A program made the translations under genes and the position numbers. Positions 50,542-59,371 of a stretch of 64,000 bases of DNA are shown here, piece by piece. The notes under the pieces are model-generated. The model did not search any database. It saw only the letters and a list, made by a program, of their open reading frames with translations, and was not told where the DNA came from. Every line of letters begins with the position of its first letter. The first letter of the stretch is position 1. Origin of the DNA: Roseibacillus sp. (GTDB lineage: Bacteria; Verrucomicrobiota; Verrucomicrobiia; Verrucomicrobiales; Akkermansiaceae); the NCBI GenBank assembly GCA_965242925.1, contig CBDEUM010000034.1, positions 192,001 to 256,000 on the forward strand. Direction: 5' to 3'.

Positions 50542-52044
50542 TCAAACCTTCACCCAACCGTGCGCAGCATTATCGCGCTCGCCACCGACATCGTGGTAAG
50601 CTGCCTTAAGTTTGCTGAGGGCATCCCCTGGAAAAGCCTTGCGCTCCTTTTCGAGATCCACGCCGTAGACTTTGGCCGCATTGAGTCCGAAAATCTTGGC
50701 CTTGTCTTCCTTGGTGAGCTTCTTGTACCCGAACTTCTCGCACAGTTCATCTGAGATCTGGAACCGCTTGAAGGCGTCGATGACCCATTGCGGCGATCCC
50801 CACCAGAGGCAATCGGTGCCCCAGATCACATGGTCAGCTCCGTATGTCTTGATGTTTCTCCCGATGAGGTGCTGCGCCATGACAGGATGCAGGACTGCCA
50901 GCGTCCCGAAAGACGTGCCGATTTCACAATAGACATTCTTCATCTGCGGATTGCGCTTCTTGATCTCCATCAGATCCTTGTGCCACTCGAAGTCACCGGT
51001 CTCAGGATCAAAGTTCTTGGGATCCTTGAAACCCCGGTCCCAGGTCCCGTGCTTCATGGCGGAATGATAGACTATGAAGCTGAGATCGGGATGGTCCTTC
51101 GCTGCCTTCTCCACGTCCCCGGGATGGGCGAAGTGTCCCAAGGTCCGCGACTGGGAAGCAAATCCCTTGTGACAGCTGAATACTTTCAGCCCGAGTTTCT
51201 TCGATTTTTCATAAAACGGGTAAGCCAGCTTCTCGTCATCCATACGGAACCCGTTCCCGGACCGACCAGGATCGGTGTGACAATACCACTTCCATGAATC
51301 GATCCCATAGGTCTTCACTTCCCGCTCCACCTGATCCCACAGCGCTGGCCAGTCCGGTTCGTTCTTCTTTCGATTCCAGTAGTGGTTCGGAGCGCAATTC
51401 CCCTGGCATAGGACACGCTTGCATCCGGCAAGTTCGTTGAGTTCCTTCTTGCTTTTGGACATGAGCCAACTGGGCAGTACACCACCCCGCCGATCACGGC
51501 CTTCCAGGATCTTGCCTGCCTTATCCTTGTCAATCTCCCGACCCGGGACACCCGAGATCACCGCCATGTCCGTATCACTGTCGAAGAAGATCTCCTTTAC
51601 GAAGTTCTGGAAACCATAGTCCTTGGGATCGTTGCCCAGTTTCACCCCGATGTTTTTCAGGAACTCCGCACCCCGGCTTCCAATTGAAAAGCCCGCTGTA
51701 AAGTGAGTTTGAACATCGAATACGAAGTATTCGTCCTTGGGCCACTTCTCTGCACCCGCAGCCTCGTCCTCCGTCTCCGCCGCATCCACTTCCCAATGAT
51801 GGCCAAATACCAGATTGGCCGCCATAAACCCGGTCGCCATCCCCATTGAACTACGCATGAAGTCCCGCCGTTCCATCCCCAGTTTCCGAGCCTTTTTCTC
51901 AGAAAGCTCCAGGATCTTGCCTTCCCAGGCCGCCTGCTGCTCGGTCTGGGCGATGGGCAGGAATTCCTCGTTTGAAACAACCTGTGTCGGGATGGGCGAA
52001 TCAACGCCCCGATCTTGATCTCGCTTCCACTTGGGGACCCACAT
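50542..52044 (-). CDS. Amidohydrolase-superfamily (Amidohydro_2-like) protein with internal twin-arginine motif
   Basis: [43 protein letters not shown] after ~55 residues. Confidence 0.85.
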   Translation of the reverse strand: MWVPKWKRDQDRGVDSPIPTQVVSNEEFLPIAQTEQQAAWEGKILELSEKKARKLGMERRDFMRSSMGMATGFMAANLVFGHHWEVDAAETEDEAAGAEKWPKDEYFVFDVQTHFTAGFSIGSRGAEFLKNIGVKLGNDPKDYGFQNFVKEIFFDSDTDMAVISGVPGREIDKDKAGKILEGRDRRGGVLPSWLMSKSKKELNELAGCKRVLCQGNCAPNHYWNRKKNEPDWPALWDQVEREVKTYGIDSWKWYCHTDPGRSGNGFRMDDEKLAYPFYEKSKKLGLKVFSCHKGFASQSRTLGHFAHPGDVEKAAKDHPDLSFIVYHSAMKHGTWDRGFKDPKNFDPETGDFEWHKDLMEIKKRNPQMKNVYCEIGTSFGTLAVLHPVMAQHLIGRNIKTYGADHVIWGTDCLWWGSPQWVIDAFKRFQISDELCEKFGYKKLTKEDKAKIFGLNAAKVYGVDLEKERKAFPGDALSKLKAAYHDVGGERDNAAHGWVKV

Positions 52045-52356
52045 GGCTTTGCTTGATTTGGGTTAGCGCCCTTCCTGATGATGGATAATTCCGTTCCGGG
52101 CTCCAGTAGGTAATCATGCATGTTCTTATCCCCATTACCACCTTATCCTTCACTTGCCGGGTCAATGCTGGCTAATCCTTGGAATCAGAACCTCACGCTG
52201 ACTTTGCACTGGATTGAATCAGGCAGGACACTCTTCGCCCTGATGGTTGTCGACGTGGTGGAAATCTTCCTTTTTCATCGTGCGCAGCCTGTTAATTATC
52301 GCGGGCATGGGAGCGTGATGTGCCTGCCAGGTCCCCCGTGATTGCATGGAGAAACT

Positions 52357-53823
52357 ATGAAAGAGAAGGTATACCTCGCAGTTGACCTGGGAGCAGGCAG
52401 TGGACGCGTCCTGGCCGCGCGAACGGACCTGCGGACCCTGGAACTGGAGGACATTCATCGCTTCAACAATCCCGGCACGGACCTTCCTGGCGGGCTGGTC
52501 TGGAACATTCTCAGTCTTTACCGCGAAATTCTCCACGGTCTCAGTCTGGCGGTGGAGAGATATGGAGAGGATATCACCGCCCTGGGGATCGACACCTGGG
52601 GCGTAGATTTCGCCCTCCTCGACGCGCAGGGCCGCCTGCTTGGATTGCCCCACCAGTACCGCGATTCCCGCACTGATGGCATGGAGGAGGTGTGCGAACA
52701 ACGCTATGGGAATGCCGCAATGTACAGAGAGACGGGCATCATGCCCTTCTTCCTCAATTCCTCCCACCAACTCCTCGGGGAAGCCGTGCGGGATGGCGTG
52801 GCTCTTCGCAACGCCTCTCACTTCCTGATGATCCCCGACCTCCTTGCCTTCTGGCTCACCGGGCGCATCGCGGTGGAGCGCACGAATGCCTCTACCACCC
52901 AGCTCTTTTCCCCCCTCACCAAGGACTGGGCCTGGGAGGTCATCGAGGGATTGGGTCTTCCCCGGCGTATCTTCGGTGAGGTGGTAGAACCCGGCACCAT
53001 CCTCGGCAACCTGCGCAAGGTTGTGGCGGAGGAGATCGGCGGAGATTTCCCCGTCATCGCGACCACCACTCACGACACCGGTGCAGCCGTCACCGGAATC
53101 CCCGGGGAGGGCGACTACGCTTTCCTCTCCTCGGGCACCTGGTCGATTCTGGGCACCGAGCTTCCAGAACCCATTCTCACCGAGGAGGCCTTCAGTATCG
53201 GCTGGGCCAACGAGCAGGGTGTTGAGAGCACCACCCGCTTCCTTCGCAACATCGCCGGGGCCTGGCTCTTCCAGGAATGCGTCGGCCAGTGGCGCTCCGA
53301 GGGAGACGAATCCACCTATGCTGAATTCGATGAGCAGACCGAAGCGGCTCCGTCCTTCGGTTCCTTCGTCGATCCCGATCACGATGATTTAAAATCCCCC
53401 GGGCGCATGCCCGAGCGGATCCAGCAACTGTGCAGGGAGACGGGGCAACCCGTTCCTGAAGGCAAGGGGGAGATCCTGCGACTGGTTGCTGAGAGCGTCG
53501 CCCTCAAGCATCGCGTCCGTTTCGACCAACTCCAGCACATCACCGGGAAGAAGCTGGCCCGGATCCACATGGGCGGCGGAGGCATCAAGAACGAACTCCT
53601 TTCCCAGGCCATCGCCACCTCCTGCGGCGTTCCCGTCTATGCCGGGCCCATCGAGGCAACAGCCTGCGGGAACATCATCACCCAGATGGTCGCCACCGGG
53701 AACCTTCCTGACATTGCAGCTGGTCGCCAGCTGATCAGGGATTCAATTCCGTTAAAGGTATTCTCCCCCCGGGATCCCGCCGACTGGAATAAAGCTCTCG
53801 CACGCTTTGAGAAGCTCCTCTGA
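52357..53823 (+). CDS. rhaB: Rhamnulokinase/fuculokinase (FGGY family)
   Basis: AVDLGAGSGR, GIDTWGVDF, YRDSRT, ASTTQL, HDTGAAV, SSGTWS, GPIEATACGN; sugar specificity not determinable. Confidence 0.88.
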   Translation: MKEKVYLAVDLGAGSGRVLAARTDLRTLELEDIHRFNNPGTDLPGGLVWNILSLYREILHGLSLAVERYGEDITALGIDTWGVDFALLDAQGRLLGLPHQYRDSRTDGMEEVCEQRYGNAAMYRETGIMPFFLNSSHQLLGEAVRDGVALRNASHFLMIPDLLAFWLTGRIAVERTNASTTQLFSPLTKDWAWEVIEGLGLPRRIFGEVVEPGTILGNLRKVVAEEIGGDFPVIATTTHDTGAAVTGIPGEGDYAFLSSGTWSILGTELPEPILTEEAFSIGWANEQGVESTTRFLRNIAGAWLFQECVGQWRSEGDESTYAEFDEQTEAAPSFGSFVDPDHDDLKSPGRMPERIQQLCRETGQPVPEGKGEILRLVAESVALKHRVRFDQLQHITGKKLARIHMGGGGIKNELLSQAIATSCGVPVYAGPIEATACGNIITQMVATGNLPDIAAGRQLIRDSIPLKVFSPRDPADWNKALARFEKLL

Positions 53824-53843
53824 TTTTCGTACGCACCAACTCC

Positions 53844-54989
53844 ATGGCCATTAATTCCAACTTTCCTTCCATTGAACACCTCCGGGAGAAGGCTCGTCGC
53901 CGCATGCCCGGATTTGCCTTCGACTATCTTGAGGGGGGATGCAACTCGAACATCAACCTGCGTCGTAATACGGATGAGATCCGGGATATTCAGCTCCGTC
54001 CCTACTACATACGGCCTTATCCCGGCTGCGAACTCAAGACCGAGATTTTCGGCCACACTTACGATGCTCCGTTCGGGGTGGCGCCCATCGGTCTGCAGGG
54101 CCTGATGTGGCCCAAGTCTGCCGAGATCCTCGCGGCGGCCGCCAAAGCACACAATATTCCGTTCGTCCTCAGCACCGTCGGCACCGCAAGCATCGAAACC
54201 GTGGCGGAACTGACGGATGGACAGGCCTGGTTCCAGCTCTACCATCCCGCTGACGACGACCTGCGGGACAAGATCGTGGATCGGGCCGCGGAGGCAGGCT
54301 GCCCGGTCCTTGTCATCCTGGCTGACACTCCGACTTTCGGCTACCGACCCAAGGAGATCCGCAACGGGCTCTCCATCCCTCCCCGGATGACCCTGCGCAA
54401 CATCATTCAAATGATGTTCAATCCCACCTGGTCCTTCTCACAACTGGCAGCCGGCGCTCCTGAATTCAAGACCCTGACGCCCTACGTCCCGCAGGGACTC
54501 AGCATGAAGCACCTTGGTCTCTTCATGAACAAGACTTTCTCGGGGCGGCTCAACGAAGACCGCATCAAGGCCATCCGCGACCGCTGGCCGGGGAAACTGG
54601 TGGTCAAGGGAATCGTCAACGAAGAGGACTGCGAGAAGGTCGTCCGCCTGGGTGCCGACGGCATCATTGCTTCCAACCACGGGGGACGCCAACTCGACGC
54701 CGGCCAATCCACAATCAAACCTCTTCGCTCCCTGGTAAGCTCATTTGGTGACAAGATCACCATCATGATCGACAGCGGAATACGTGGCGGACCGGACATC
54801 GCATGTGCCCTTGCCAGTGGAGCCCAGTTCACCTTCCTTGGTCGTTCCTTCATGTATGGCGTGGGCGCCCTCGGCAGAAACGGAGGCGATCACACCATCT
54901 CCATGCTGAAACGCCAACTCCAGCAGGTCATGGAGCAACTGGCCTGCGAGAAAGTGGCTGACTTCCCTGCCCACCTTGTCGAAGAATGA
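53844..54989 (+). CDS. lldD: FMN-dependent alpha-hydroxy acid dehydrogenase (LldD-like L-lactate dehydrogenase)
   Basis: FDYLEGG, APIGL, WFQLY, VVKGI, SNHGGRQLD, DSGIRGG, LGR. Confidence 0.88.
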   Translation: MAINSNFPSIEHLREKARRRMPGFAFDYLEGGCNSNINLRRNTDEIRDIQLRPYYIRPYPGCELKTEIFGHTYDAPFGVAPIGLQGLMWPKSAEILAAAAKAHNIPFVLSTVGTASIETVAELTDGQAWFQLYHPADDDLRDKIVDRAAEAGCPVLVILADTPTFGYRPKEIRNGLSIPPRMTLRNIIQMMFNPTWSFSQLAAGAPEFKTLTPYVPQGLSMKHLGLFMNKTFSGRLNEDRIKAIRDRWPGKLVVKGIVNEEDCEKVVRLGADGIIASNHGGRQLDAGQSTIKPLRSLVSSFGDKITIMIDSGIRGGPDIACALASGAQFTFLGRSFMYGVGALGRNGGDHTISMLKRQLQQVMEQLACEKVADFPAHLVEE

Positions 54990-55051
54990 GCAGCCTCCGG
55001 GAGGCTCAGAAGGTCAGGACTTGAGCCGGCCTGGGTGACGGGTCTTCCCTG

Positions 55052-55834
55052 CTAGAACCGCCACTCAAGGAGACCGGTAATCGATTCCCGGTTCCCGAAG
55101 CCGGCCTCCAGCGTCACGAAAAGTGAATCCGTAAGGGAATACCGCAACCCGAGTTGTGCGTTCCACGCTTCCTCGGCCTTCAATTCCAGATCGTAATTCA
55201 GGACAAGTCCATCCAGGTCAAAAACCCCTGACTGCTGCTCTGCCACATTCTGGTAGGTTGCCCCCAGCCATGCTTCAAGTTTGCCCCTGCGTGCTCCCAC
55301 CCTGGGCATGAGCAACCAGCTCCGAATCGATTCAATATCACCTTGTACGTCGGTGTAGGCATAAACTCCTGTAAGGGATATAAACCACCAATCCTGTCCG
55401 TAGGCCAAGGTGGATCCTCCTGCGAAGACCGTCCCGTCGTAATCCACTGCAATCCGCTCATAGCCCAATAACGCCTGTGCACCCAAACTCAGATTGACCG
55501 CGGTCTGCCCGTCCACCTTGCCCACCATCGCGTGCACATTCCAGAAGGGCAGGACCCAGGCATCGGCCTTAACCCCCCACTGGGACACTTCATTCTCGAT
55601 ACCGGTCAGAAGAGCCCCGGGGTCGATCTCGAGGGGAATATCCACGCTGAAATTGTCCAACTCGTAGCCCTGCTCCTGGGAGTATCCGATCCCCGTGATT
55701 CCGAAGCGCTGTGGCCAACTGGGATCCCAGTTAATGAACATATCGGCGAGGTTCTGACCCCGCGCGGGACTGGCGCAAGTCAGCAAACTCGCCATCAGTG
55801 AGATACGGATAAGAGGCGGATTAAATGGATTCAT
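55052..55834 (-). CDS. Putative outer-membrane beta-barrel protein
   Basis: Signal peptide; alternating amphipathic strands; C-terminal LEWRF. Confidence 0.78.
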   Translation of the reverse strand: MNPFNPPLIRISLMASLLTCASPARGQNLADMFINWDPSWPQRFGITGIGYSQEQGYELDNFSVDIPLEIDPGALLTGIENEVSQWGVKADAWVLPFWNVHAMVGKVDGQTAVNLSLGAQALLGYERIAVDYDGTVFAGGSTLAYGQDWWFISLTGVYAYTDVQGDIESIRSWLLMPRVGARRGKLEAWLGATYQNVAEQQSGVFDLDGLVLNYDLELKAEEAWNAQLGLRYSLTDSLFVTLEAGFGNRESITGLLEWRF

Positions 55835-56023
55835 GGGGGAGGATTGAGCAAATCAGGTTCGCACTGGCAACTCCGTTTTTCCCACCAAGCGCCTCCGATC
55901 CTGAAATGTTGCATCCTTCCTCCTGCCTGCCACCGTCTGATCCCCAAACCTGCGCCTCCCCGGCCACCTCCAATACGGTGTTCGGGGAACCCGCTTACCT
56001 GCTCACAATCTGAATTTCATCCC

Positions 56024-56647
56024 GTGGCAGCTCTGCAACTTCCTGATAAACTGGGCGCCATCCTGCTCCCCGACTGCACCCTTTTTCCCCATGGCGCCTT
56101 GCCCCTCCACATTTTTGAACCGCGCTATTGCCAGATGCTCCGTGATGCGGTCGAAAGCGATTGTCTCTTCTGCGTGGGCAGATTAACCGGCGCCGAGGTC
56201 CCGGATATCGCATCCTGCACTTCCGAGATCGGAACAGCGTGCCTTATCCGAACCTCCCGGGAGCAATCCGACGGTCGTTCCAACCTCCTCCTGCACGGTC
56301 TGTGCCGCGTCCGCTTCACGGAGTGGTTCCCTGGGAAATCATATCCCTTCGCCCGCATCACCACGATCCCCTCCCTGGCTCTGGAAGAGGGGCCGTCCTC
56401 CGACGAAGCCCGGCGTCTCCGGGAAGTGGTGGAGGCCATCCTGCTTGGATTTCCCGATGATCTCGTCACGAAGGTGCAACAACTCCTCGACCGCACCTCG
56501 GATCCCGGAATGATGAGCGATGCGATTTCCCAGCAATTCGTGCAGAACACCACTCTCCGTCAATCCCTGCTGGAAGAACTCAGCATCCCCAAGCGGATCG
56601 ACCTCCTCATCGAGCACCTCCGCACTCTTCGCAGCGGAGACAATTAA
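56024..56647 (+). CDS. LON peptidase substrate-binding (N-terminal) domain protein
   Basis: LFPHGALPLHIFEPRY, DGRSNLLLHGLCRVR; GTG start 56024. Confidence 0.9.
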   Translation: MAALQLPDKLGAILLPDCTLFPHGALPLHIFEPRYCQMLRDAVESDCLFCVGRLTGAEVPDIASCTSEIGTACLIRTSREQSDGRSNLLLHGLCRVRFTEWFPGKSYPFARITTIPSLALEEGPSSDEARRLREVVEAILLGFPDDLVTKVQQLLDRTSDPGMMSDAISQQFVQNTTLRQSLLEELSIPKRIDLLIEHLRTLRSGDN

Positions 56648-56718
56648 ACTTCTCCTAAGGCCGGTCGCCGTCCCGGGCCTCTATCCCCAGTCCTGCGTCA
56701 GATCTCCGGCCTAGACCC

Positions 56719-57039
56719 TCACCCTCCGGTCTGCATCTTGCCGGACAGCAAGGCCCCTTCCTCCATCTTGAGGCTCTTGGTCGTGATATCGCCCTCCAAC
56801 CTCGAGTTTGCCTTCAGTTCGCAGCGGTCCGTGTGAATACCCCCTTCCACGTAGCCGAACATCTTGACTTCGCCAGCCCTGACATCGCCCTTGATTCGGG
56901 CGTTTTCGCCGATCGTGACCGTCCCCTCGTCGGACTGGATTTCTCCTTCCACTTTCCCATCGATAATCATGTCGTTCTTGAACTTGATCGTTCCGATGAT
57001 CTCGATTCCCTCGGCCAGGACATTCTTTGTGGTAGACAT
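56719..57039 (-). CDS. Bactofilin (polymer-forming cytoskeletal protein)
   Basis: IDGKVEGEI, VTIGENARIKGDV, LEGDI, MEEGA.LSG beta-helix repeats. Confidence 0.93.
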   Translation of the reverse strand: MSTTKNVLAEGIEIIGTIKFKNDMIIDGKVEGEIQSDEGTVTIGENARIKGDVRAGEVKMFGYVEGGIHTDRCELKANSRLEGDITTKSLKMEEGALLSGKMQTGG

Positions 57040-57153
57040 CGGCACCAATTCGCCAAGTTCCACCATTAAATGCAATCAAGGAGTTACGAAATTTCAGTTA
57101 TTCAAAGAATAAGAGCAAGTTACTCACATTTCGGAATATTTTGAAAATCGGGG

Positions 57154-57310
57154 CCGCTCGCACCGGTTGAGGGGACAAGAAGAGGCAGCCATTGCCGGAG
57201 AGAGATCCCAAGCCCCGCCGAAACAAAGCAACCATAGTCATAAAGGGCTCAACGATCTCTCACCCGGCAGGCTGCCTTCTGCCTGTTCCGGGCCCGGCCG
57301 GTGATCGCGG
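57154..57310. ncRNA. ~157-nt imperfect rod-like hairpin; candidate structured RNA or palindromic element
   Basis: Seven nested stems, e.g. CACCGG/CCGGTG, AGGCAGCC/GGCTGCCT, TGCCGG/CCGGCA, GAGAGATC/GATCTCTC, AGCCC/GGGCT. Confidence 0.4.
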
Positions 57311-57315
57311 ATGAA

Positions 57316-58785
57316 TCACTCTCCCACCGGCAGCAGTGAAATCTCCCTGAACTCAAACTTGAAACGTTCCTCCCGGAGCACAATCCGTCCCGGGCCCTCA
57401 CGGCCTGACGCCTCGTTTACGAGGACCCCGTTGAGATAGACCTTCACTCGTCCGCCCCTCACCTCCAGACGCATTTCGTGCCACTGGTTGAGCGGTTCCT
57501 CCACCTGTATTTTCCGCCGGTGGGAAAAGGCAAGGTCCCGCCCCTCCACCTTGGCCTTGAAGTTTCCTATCCGGTAAAGATCCCCCGAACTCCCTGGCAG
57601 GAGTTGCACTTCCAGGTAGTCCCCTCCGTCAAAACGGCCCCCTCCCGCCGGTTGCCCCCTCGCGCCGGCCATCATGACTCCCACTCCACTATCCGCACCG
57701 GGCTCCGCTGCCCGATAGGAAATAACCAGGACATAATCCTCAAACTCAACATTGGTTCGCAGGTCACCTGGTCCCTTTCCGGGGCAGACCAGGACCCCCT
57801 CCTCAACCGACCAAGTCTTCTCTCCCGGTGCCACCACCTTACCGCGCCGATAGTGCGTCCATCCCGTCAAATCCTTTCCATTAAAGAGTTGGATGGATTT
57901 AAACTGTTTTACCTTCCCCAATAGAGCGACCTCCCCCTTGAGGAACTCAGTCCACCGGATCGCCGCTTCCCGGCGCTTATCCTCTGCATCAAGGGCATTG
58001 TAACCAAACTCTCGCCCAGTCAGGGAAAGCAGACCCTTCCAGGCCTTCATCCGCTCAGACGTATTAGCGGAGGACAGAAACTCACCCAGGGCGCGAGACC
58101 CTTCCAGCGAGCCCAGATTCGCCAGAGCAATCGCTGCCTTGAGCCTTACGGCCGAATCCCCGTCCTTCAGCAATGGTCGCAGCATCCGGGCCCCGCGAGG
58201 TCCGAGAATTTCGCCTCCGGCAGCCGCCATCCGCCTCCCGATGGAACTCTCCCCCCCCGCCATTCGTTCCAGCAAAGCCAAATCCTCCTCCTCCACCGTT
58301 CCTGCTGTCGCCCGCGCCGCCAGGGCGACATCTCCAACTGCCACCCCGCTATCCATCACTTCCACCATCTTGCCGAGAAGTCCCTTCCGGTTCTCTCGGA
58401 GAATAGCCCGCAACGCGTCCTCGAACACCATCTGGCTTTTCCTTGCTCCCCCCCGCCTGACCACCTCCCTGGTCCTGCTTCGAATCTCGGGTTCTTCGCT
58501 CTTCAACCCGCGGTCAAGCACCCCTGCAGGGATGAGCGGGGCGACCAGGAGCTGCTCCATCGCATCCTTCCGCTCTGTAAATTGTTCGGAACCGAGTTGC
58601 TCGATCAATCGCCCGAATTCCGCCACTCTTTCCCTGTCCGGCAACAACGCCTCCAGTAATTCCTCTGCCCCCCGGGCCCCCACCTCCTGGCCAGATCCGG
58701 ACAGAGCCAGGAAGGAATAAAGAACCGTAGCCAGAGCAGGCACCAGTACAGGCGGGGCGATCTGCATGACTCTATTCAAGGGCAT
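57316..58785 (-). CDS. HEAT-repeat + DUF1080 (3-keto-disaccharide hydrolase-like) exported protein
   Basis: HEAT-like LKDGDSAVRLKAAIAL; LFNGKDLTGW, WSVEEGVL, ADSGV, EVQL, FREI; start uncertain (58767-58794). Confidence 0.85.
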   Translation of the reverse strand: MPLNRVMQIAPPVLVPALATVLYSFLALSGSGQEVGARGAEELLEALLPDRERVAEFGRLIEQLGSEQFTERKDAMEQLLVAPLIPAGVLDRGLKSEEPEIRSRTREVVRRGGARKSQMVFEDALRAILRENRKGLLGKMVEVMDSGVAVGDVALAARATAGTVEEEDLALLERMAGGESSIGRRMAAAGGEILGPRGARMLRPLLKDGDSAVRLKAAIALANLGSLEGSRALGEFLSSANTSERMKAWKGLLSLTGREFGYNALDAEDKRREAAIRWTEFLKGEVALLGKVKQFKSIQLFNGKDLTGWTHYRRGKVVAPGEKTWSVEEGVLVCPGKGPGDLRTNVEFEDYVLVISYRAAEPGADSGVGVMMAGARGQPAGGGRFDGGDYLEVQLLPGSSGDLYRIGNFKAKVEGRDLAFSHRRKIQVEEPLNQWHEMRLEVRGGRVKVYLNGVLVNEASGREGPGRIVLREERFKFEFREISLLPVGE

Positions 58786-58790
58786 CGGCG

Positions 58791-59276
58791 TCAAAAATCC
58801 ATTGAGAAATGAAACTCTGAGAAGCTCAGCGTCCCTTCCTCGACGTGCCGGATGCCAGCCCGCACAAAACCATAACGCGCAAAGAAACGATGGGCTCTCG
58901 TAAACCGGGTGTCGGACCAGAACTCCACCCGACGGTAACCGTGCTTCCGGCTCCAGCCCACCGCCCAGTCCATAAGGGCGTTGCCAGCTCCCGTTCCACG
59001 ATTTCTGGGCGGGAGGTAGAGCCGGCGAAAGGTCACAATCCCTTCATCGCGATTGATCGGCTGGGTTGCGTGAGCACCCGAGACCCGTCCATCCTCCTCC
59101 AGCACCACGAACTCTCCACCGACCTCCCGGTAAGCGGCTTCAACGTCGAGCAGGTCCCGGTCATAGCCCTCCAGATCGACTTCATCACCGTACTCCCGGT
59201 AGACCTCGTCAACCAAACGGACGAGTTGCAATTCATCCTCACGCGTAGCTGGGCGAATGATCCGGTTTTCCTGCAC
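58791..59276 (-). CDS. GNAT family N-acetyltransferase
   Basis: IRPAT, RRLYLPPRNRGTGAG, AHRFFARYGF. Confidence 0.9.
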   Translation of the reverse strand: MQENRIIRPATREDELQLVRLVDEVYREYGDEVDLEGYDRDLLDVEAAYREVGGEFVVLEEDGRVSGAHATQPINRDEGIVTFRRLYLPPRNRGTGAGNALMDWAVGWSRKHGYRRVEFWSDTRFTRAHRFFARYGFVRAGIRHVEEGTLSFSEFHFSMDF

Positions 59277-59371
59277 GGGCCCATGGCATCGGAAATGGCA
59301 TCCAGGTCAAGAATCCGATAACCGACCCATGTCTTGCTCTTCAGTCCACTATTGTTAGCATATCCATCCCG

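Noticed and set aside
52219..52347. Short - strand ORF ending ...MKKEDFHHVDNHQGEECPA in the amidohydrolase-rhaB spacer
   Set aside because: It is the tail of a shadow ORF, with no clear ribosome-binding site or recognisable motif.
57195..57265. Glycine riboswitch (GGAGAGA...GCCGAA...GCAA...CTCTCA resemblance)
   Set aside because: The conserved CCGAAG and CTCTCAGG cores are not matched, no glycine-related gene lies downstream, and the segments are better explained by the long hairpin.
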